A stretch of DNA of 64,000 bases, taken from positions 89,338 through 153,337 of the forward strand of contig CAZUNO010000005.1 of assembly GCA_964621445.1 (NCBI GenBank), read 5' to 3'. The position numbers and the translations under genes were made by a program. Of this stretch, positions 58,915 through 64,000 are shown piece after piece. The notes under the pieces were generated by a model. The model was not told the DNA's origin, did no database searches, and saw nothing but the letters and a program-made list of their open reading frames with translations. Source of the stretch: Candidatus Hadarchaeota archaeon. Lineage in GTDB: Archaea; CAYQAE01; CAYVLA01. Every line of letters begins with the position of its first letter. The first letter of the stretch is position 1.

Positions 58915-59017
58915 ATCGCCTCCTAATTGAGACTTAATATTTCTTGTGTCCTTATCCCTTACCTAGGGATCGGGGTTCAGGCGCTTACCGATTTGAGGGA
59001 TAGCCAGGTAGACATTT

Positions 59018-60055
59018 ATGTCTGGATGGAATTCTGAGAAGAGATCGATCGGAGGAGATTCGAAGTTGTTAGAGGTCGGAGTAGTTGGAATGGGTGGAAT
59101 CGGCAACACACATGCCGATGTCTACGCTGAAAACGAATCGGTAAATCTTACCGCAGTGTGTGACTTGGTCAAGGATAAGGCAGATTCTGCTGCCTCCCGA
59201 TTAGGGGTGACGGCATATTACGATCTGTCGGATATGCTGAACAAGGAGAGTCTCGATATTGTTAGCGTGACAACTGCGGGAGTGGAGAACGGTTCACATC
59301 ATTATGAGCCGGTTATGGATGCCCTGAGATCGGAGGTACATGTACTTTGCGAGAAGCCGCTGTCAAATGATCTGGAGAATGCAAGGGAAATGGTGCAGGA
59401 AGCCCGGAGCAGGGGTCTTTACCTGGGCACAAACCTTAATCACCGCTTCGTTCCCGCAGCGAGAAGGGCCAAGAAGTATGTGGAGGATGGAGAATTGGGG
59501 GACCTGCTGTTCATCAACATGGCGCTGTGGATAGATAATCCCAATGACACCACTCCTTTCTTCCACCTCAGGGCCCTCCATCCGCATTCCGTCGATGTAA
59601 TGAGGTATTTCTGTGGAGATGTGAAGAAGGTCCAGGCCTTCTTAACCAAGCCCTCCGAGAGGAAGAACTGGTCCAATGCCCAGATTAACATGCAATTCGC
59701 CAACGGCTGTATTGGACACCTCACCGGGAGCTATGACATGTCCGGAAACCATCCCATAGAGAGATGTGAAGTGGCAGGCACCGGCGGTAGATTCATCATT
59801 GAGAACGTCTTCGAGAGACTGATATTCATGCCCAGGCGGCGACCGGAGAGGATCGTTTACCCGAACAACATCTTTGGTGGAATAGGGGGCTTCCGGGACA
59901 CCTTCAAGAACAGAATAGACCGCTTCGTTGAGCAGGTAGAGAGTGGAGCTGACCCTGAGGATATCGAAGCCTCTGGAGCGGATGGACTGGCGGCGCAGAC
60001 GATAATCGAAGGTGCCATACGTTCATTCCAGGAAGAAACAATCGTAAGTATCTAG
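59018..60055 (+). CDS. Gfo/Idh/MocA family oxidoreductase
   Basis: GVVGMGGIG Rossmann motif, HVLCEKP, NHRF; start may be slightly downstream. Confidence 0.92.
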   Translation: MSGWNSEKRSIGGDSKLLEVGVVGMGGIGNTHADVYAENESVNLTAVCDLVKDKADSAASRLGVTAYYDLSDMLNKESLDIVSVTTAGVENGSHHYEPVMDALRSEVHVLCEKPLSNDLENAREMVQEARSRGLYLGTNLNHRFVPAARRAKKYVEDGELGDLLFINMALWIDNPNDTTPFFHLRALHPHSVDVMRYFCGDVKKVQAFLTKPSERKNWSNAQINMQFANGCIGHLTGSYDMSGNHPIERCEVAGTGGRFIIENVFERLIFMPRRRPERIVYPNNIFGGIGGFRDTFKNRIDRFVEQVESGADPEDIEASGADGLAAQTIIEGAIRSFQEETIVSI

Positions 60056-60061
60056 AGGGTT

Positions 60062-60925
60062 TTGGCCTTGAAGGATTGCAGGATCGCCGCGGTACAGATG
60101 AATGCCCCTCTTGGCAAGATAGAGGATAACCTGTCATCCATTGAGACCTGGGCAAGAAAGGCTCAGGAGCAAGATGTAGACTTAGTGGTCTTTCCCGAGC
60201 TATCAATCACAGGACACTGGTGTAGCGAGGACTCCTGGAAGGCATCCCAGCCTTTACCGGATGGAGATGCCTCAATGCGGATCGCGGATCTGGCCCAGGA
60301 ACTGGATATCTACATATCAGTGGGAATCGGCGAGCGCGAAAAGGGAGTACAATACAATACCCAGGCCCTATTTGGTCCCCAGGGCTATTTAGGTAAACAG
60401 AGGAAGCTCCATATGTCCCGGGACGAATACTTCTACTACAGGACCGGCACCAAGATGCCCGTCCTGGAAACCGAGAAATGCCGGCTGGGAACCGTGATAT
60501 GTTATGACAACGTGTTTCCCGAGGTTCCCAGGATCCTGGCAATAAAGGGGGCAGAGGTCATTCTCGCTCCGCATGCCTCCAGGTTTGGCAGATGGGACCA
60601 GATGAAACCCCAGCAAAGGGTTGCAGATCAAAAGGCATATTTCCGAAAGGCCTACACCTCCCGGGCCTTGGACAATGGGGTCTTCTATGTTGTGGTCAAC
60701 CAGGCCGGAAAAGCAGGCAAGGATACCAACCACGCCGGTGGAATAATGATAATTGACCCCCAGGGAGAGGTTATCGAGGAATCCAAGACGGACAAGATCG
60801 AACCCGAGATGGTTACCGTCGAATTGAAGGCGAGTGTATTTGAGAAAAGACGATGTAGCCGATGCTTTAACCTCTCAATCCGGAGGCCTGAAATATACGG
60901 ATGGTTGACTAAGAGCACGGATTGA
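60062..60925 (+). CDS. Nitrilase/carbon-nitrogen hydrolase
   Basis: Catalytic triad motifs FPEL, RKLH, ICYD. Confidence 0.92.
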   Translation: MALKDCRIAAVQMNAPLGKIEDNLSSIETWARKAQEQDVDLVVFPELSITGHWCSEDSWKASQPLPDGDASMRIADLAQELDIYISVGIGEREKGVQYNTQALFGPQGYLGKQRKLHMSRDEYFYYRTGTKMPVLETEKCRLGTVICYDNVFPEVPRILAIKGAEVILAPHASRFGRWDQMKPQQRVADQKAYFRKAYTSRALDNGVFYVVVNQAGKAGKDTNHAGGIMIIDPQGEVIEESKTDKIEPEMVTVELKASVFEKRRCSRCFNLSIRRPEIYGWLTKSTD

Positions 60926-60937
60926 GGAGATTCCCAT

Positions 60938-61672
60938 CTAGGCCGGGAAGAGTATCACCGATAAAATGCCGGTGATGAATATGCCGTCAAATGTCCCGGC
61001 TCCGCCAATGCTGACCATTGGGGCTCCAAGTGACCGTATTCTTCCGAGATTCATGAGGTCGGCGCCCGCGAGAACCCCTATTACCCCGGAGACATAGGCT
61101 ATGGCCGCTGCATCCGCAAGTGGGAGTCCGATCAATTGGGTTGAGAGATAGGCCGATACCGCAGCCAGGATGGGTGGAATCAATACCGGAATCGAAATAC
61201 CCATCCCGGGAATCGGTCTAGCAAGTTTGTTGCAGAGGAAGGCAACGAAAAAGGTGGCTCCAAAAAAACCAAGAATGGCCTCCGGAACCTTGAATACAAG
61301 GTAGAGACTTAGCAGGACGGGAACCACGCACCCGCCCAGATTCACCGCGATTTTCGTCTCCTGAATGACCTTCTCAACCGAGGGAACGGGGTATAGCATC
61401 CCCAAGATACCCGGTTTGAAGCGGACCTGTTCCACCTCGGATGTCACGGTGGTTAGAGGGATATTGACCATACTTCCCCCCAGAGACAGTAACAAAACGA
61501 GCATCACCCAGTGTGGCGGCAGCCCTAACTGCCTGAATGCGCCCCCGGCAGCCGTTAAAAGCAGGATGAAGAAAAGGAATAGTGAAATGAAGAAGAGTAT
61601 AATCATATAGGGAGCTACAACTGGCGGTTTCGCCATGGAAGGAAGCCGCAATTGATCTACATCCACCGTCAA
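60938..61672 (-). CDS. DUF1614 family membrane protein
   Basis: GSMVNIP, IAVNLGG, GADLMNL, SIGGAGTFDGIF. Confidence 0.85.
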   Translation of the reverse strand: MTVDVDQLRLPSMAKPPVVAPYMIILFFISLFLFFILLLTAAGGAFRQLGLPPHWVMLVLLLSLGGSMVNIPLTTVTSEVEQVRFKPGILGMLYPVPSVEKVIQETKIAVNLGGCVVPVLLSLYLVFKVPEAILGFFGATFFVAFLCNKLARPIPGMGISIPVLIPPILAAVSAYLSTQLIGLPLADAAAIAYVSGVIGVLAGADLMNLGRIRSLGAPMVSIGGAGTFDGIFITGILSVILFPA

Positions 61673-61794
61673 CCCACCATTTTCCCTTTCATAGATGTTA
61701 CCAAAAATTCAGGGAAATCCCATGAGACCCATGAAATCGATAAGATTTCGATAACCTTTTTCATCATGCATATTGAGTTCTTAACGGTGATTAC

Positions 61795-62817
61795 TTGAAA
61801 GCTGCAGTACTTCACGGGGTCGGCGACATCAGATACCAAGAGGTACCAAAACCGGAAATAGCGGAGAACGAGGTACTCCTGGAAGTTAAAGCCTGCGGGG
61901 TTTGTGGAACCGACATCCATTTTCTCCACGGCGAATGGACCGTTGACATGCCGTTGATACCGGGCCATGAATTTTCAGGAGAAATCGTCGAAACTGGAGA
62001 TCAGGTAACCACCATCTCAACCGGAGCCCGGGTATCCGTCGACCCCAATGTCGTTTGTGGGGTTTGTAAGAACTGCCGGAGGACGGAGAGAAATTATCTA
62101 TGTTCAAATATCAGCGCCATCGGCGTTGACGTAAACGGGGCATTCGCGGAATACGTAAAGGCCCCCGAGGAGGTGGTATATCGAATCCCGGACCATGTCG
62201 ACTTCCAGGTCGGGGCCATGAGCGAGCCGGTTGGATGTGCAATACGGGGATTTGATAACACCAAGACCACTCTGGGGGATACCGTTGTCATAATTGGGGC
62301 TGGGCCCATGGGGCTAATTCTGGAGCAGTTAGCTCTCATGCAGGGAGCGGCCAAGGTGATCATTATCGAAATAGTGGAAGGGAGAAGAAAGATGGCCGAG
62401 GAGCTCGGTGCCACACGTACCATAAACCCAAAGGAAGAAGATGTCTCCAAGGTCGTCTTTGAGGAAACGGCAGGGAACGGTCCAGAAGTCGTTTTCGAGG
62501 CGGTCGGTTCCTCCCAGACCATTGAAATGGCTTTGGACATCGTAGGACGGGGAGGAAGGGTGAATATCTTCGGAGTTGCCCCCGAATCCGATGTCATAAA
62601 TGTCAAACCCTTCATGCTCTATGAAAAGGAACTTGAGGTCTCCGCATCCTACAGGGATCCCTTCACCTTTGACAGGGCGATCCAGTTGCTTGCCAATGGG
62701 AGACTGGACGTGAAGTCATTGATAACCCACAGGTTTCCGTTGGACAGGATCGAGGAAGCCTTTCATACATTCCAGGAAAATAAAGAGGAAGCCGTGAAGT
62801 TGATGGTCATACCGTAA
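61795..62817 (+). CDS. Zn-dependent alcohol/polyol dehydrogenase (MDR family)
   Basis: CGTD, GHE, C..C..C...C structural Zn site, GAGPMG. Confidence 0.93.
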   Translation: MKAAVLHGVGDIRYQEVPKPEIAENEVLLEVKACGVCGTDIHFLHGEWTVDMPLIPGHEFSGEIVETGDQVTTISTGARVSVDPNVVCGVCKNCRRTERNYLCSNISAIGVDVNGAFAEYVKAPEEVVYRIPDHVDFQVGAMSEPVGCAIRGFDNTKTTLGDTVVIIGAGPMGLILEQLALMQGAAKVIIIEIVEGRRKMAEELGATRTINPKEEDVSKVVFEETAGNGPEVVFEAVGSSQTIEMALDIVGRGGRVNIFGVAPESDVINVKPFMLYEKELEVSASYRDPFTFDRAIQLLANGRLDVKSLITHRFPLDRIEEAFHTFQENKEEAVKLMVIP

Positions 62818-62909
62818 ACATCACAGGTCACAAGGACGATATGGATGTGAATACCATAAAATAATGGAAAAAGGTTTATTGCGGAGCATCATGCAGCAGA
62901 GAGCCAACG

Positions 62910-63857
62910 ATGTTTTTAGAATTGCTCATCATGGGCAGTGCCATATATCTGGGCTTTAACATCGGAGCGAACGATACCGCAAACACTATGGGAGCGTGTG
63001 TCGGGGGAGGTGCACTTGGGCTCAGAAAGGCAATAACCCTGGCCGCCATGTTCGTTTTCATTGGCGGTATCTTAGGGACGGAGGTAACTGAGACCATAGC
63101 CGTGGGAATAATGCCCCCCGCCGACCTGTCCCAGATCCTAGTAATGGTCTCTCTTTTTGCCTCCGGAAGCTTCGTTGCTCTGGCAACCATCCGCGGGTTA
63201 CCGGTGTCAACATCACACGCTCTTGTAATGAGCCTAGTTGGGGTAGGTCTGGGAATGGGCAGCGAGCTAAATCTAAGTCAGTTGCTCAAGCTGGCCTCGG
63301 CATGGGTGATCTTTCCACTGGCAACCATTCCCCTCGCTTTCATGGTAATTAGACTCATCAAACCCTTGCTTTCCCGAATAGAATCTCTGGTGGAGTTGGA
63401 GATCACTCTCAAATACCTCCTGATATTCAGTAGCATCTACGCCTCCTTCGCTCTTGGGGCCAGCCATGCAGGTTTGGTGGGAGGAATGCTTGAGGCATCC
63501 GGTCTCGCTGATCGGACGTTGGCCACTCTGGTTGGGTCCTTATCCATATCGTTGGGAGTGCTTCTGCTCAGTAAAAGGGTGATACAAACGGTTGGTCAAG
63601 GAGTGACGGCTCTTAGTCCAGTTCCCGCATTTGCCATGCAGCTTTCGATGGCAATCGGTCTTACCATATGTTCTCTCCTTGGATATCCGGTTTCCAGCTC
63701 ACAAGGGATAGTATCCGCGGCGGTTGGCGTCGGGCTGGCACAGGGCCAATCCAGGGTAAATAGGCGAAAGATCACCCAGATAATACTAGCGTGGGCATTA
63801 GTCCCCTCAGGGGCTCTAATCGTCACCTTTTCGCTGGTCAGGGTCTTTCTGACGTGA
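62910..63857 (+). CDS. PiT family inorganic phosphate transporter
   Basis: GANDTAN signature, PVSTSH, PVSSSQ; second signature divergent (GASH). Confidence 0.9.
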   Translation: MFLELLIMGSAIYLGFNIGANDTANTMGACVGGGALGLRKAITLAAMFVFIGGILGTEVTETIAVGIMPPADLSQILVMVSLFASGSFVALATIRGLPVSTSHALVMSLVGVGLGMGSELNLSQLLKLASAWVIFPLATIPLAFMVIRLIKPLLSRIESLVELEITLKYLLIFSSIYASFALGASHAGLVGGMLEASGLADRTLATLVGSLSISLGVLLLSKRVIQTVGQGVTALSPVPAFAMQLSMAIGLTICSLLGYPVSSSQGIVSAAVGVGLAQGQSRVNRRKITQIILAWALVPSGALIVTFSLVRVFLT

Positions 63858-63910
63858 AGAAAATCCAAAAGATTCTTCTTATTCAACCCCCAAGTTCCAG
63901 ATGTGATCTT

Positions 63911-64000
63911 TTGGTTGGCGGTAAAGAAAAGGAGGCCATGAACGAGATCAGAGGCCACATGGAATTGGTGACAAAATGCTGCAGGAACCTTCCAAAGGCC
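63911..64000 (+). CDS. DUF47/PhoU-like phosphate transport regulator, 5' fragment
   Basis: TTG start after atgtgat; MVGGKEKEAMNEIRGHMELVTKCC...; directly follows PiT; runs off the window. Confidence 0.55.
   Translation, partial: MVGGKEKEAMNEIRGHMELVTKCCRNLPKA

Noticed and set aside
47922-64000. Integrated element at tRNA-Glu
   Set aside because: No integrase, no att duplication seen and no phage or plasmid genes.
1-64000. CRISPR array, IS elements and the many short antisense ORFs in the track
   Set aside because: No regularly spaced repeats or transposase motifs found by eye; the short opposite-strand ORFs are shadows of real genes.

Overview
Archaeal chromosomal window with euryarchaeal-type gene content and order. 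No CRISPR array, transposase or integrase is visible. The left end carries the conserved dtdA-ftsZ-secE-spt5-rpl11-rpl1-rplP0-rpl12 cluster. It is followed by a processive GT2/membrane-protein pair, a KH protein, top6B (no adjacent top6A), thrS and a family-B DNA polymerase. Next come an AAA+/vWA membrane operon, hjc-pelota-alba, a glycosylation cluster, two class III ribonucleotide reductases flanking thpR-cca, HDAC/DUF2070/tsr3/rpl40e/ilvE and an intron-containing tRNA-Glu. The window ends with an accessory region of secreted proteins and putative carbohydrate-catabolic enzymes, then a PiT-DUF47 pair. Five things stand out. (1) The PolB ends in two Cys4 motifs, the second resembling the PolD DP2 C-terminal zinc finger, with two PIP-like boxes, i.e. 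a eukaryote-like architecture. (2) A three-gene module encodes an active ChlI/MoxR-like AAA+ ATPase, a paralogous apparently dead AAA+ fused via two TM helices and a sequon-rich external loop to a vWA domain, and a PCP_red-like two-TM protein. (3) One NrdD paralog has a degenerate glycyl-radical motif. (4) A ~190-nt hairpin-rich leader precedes the intact nrdD. (5) tRNA-Glu(CTC) carries a 14-nt D-loop intron. All family assignments are by-eye motif recognition, not database searches.
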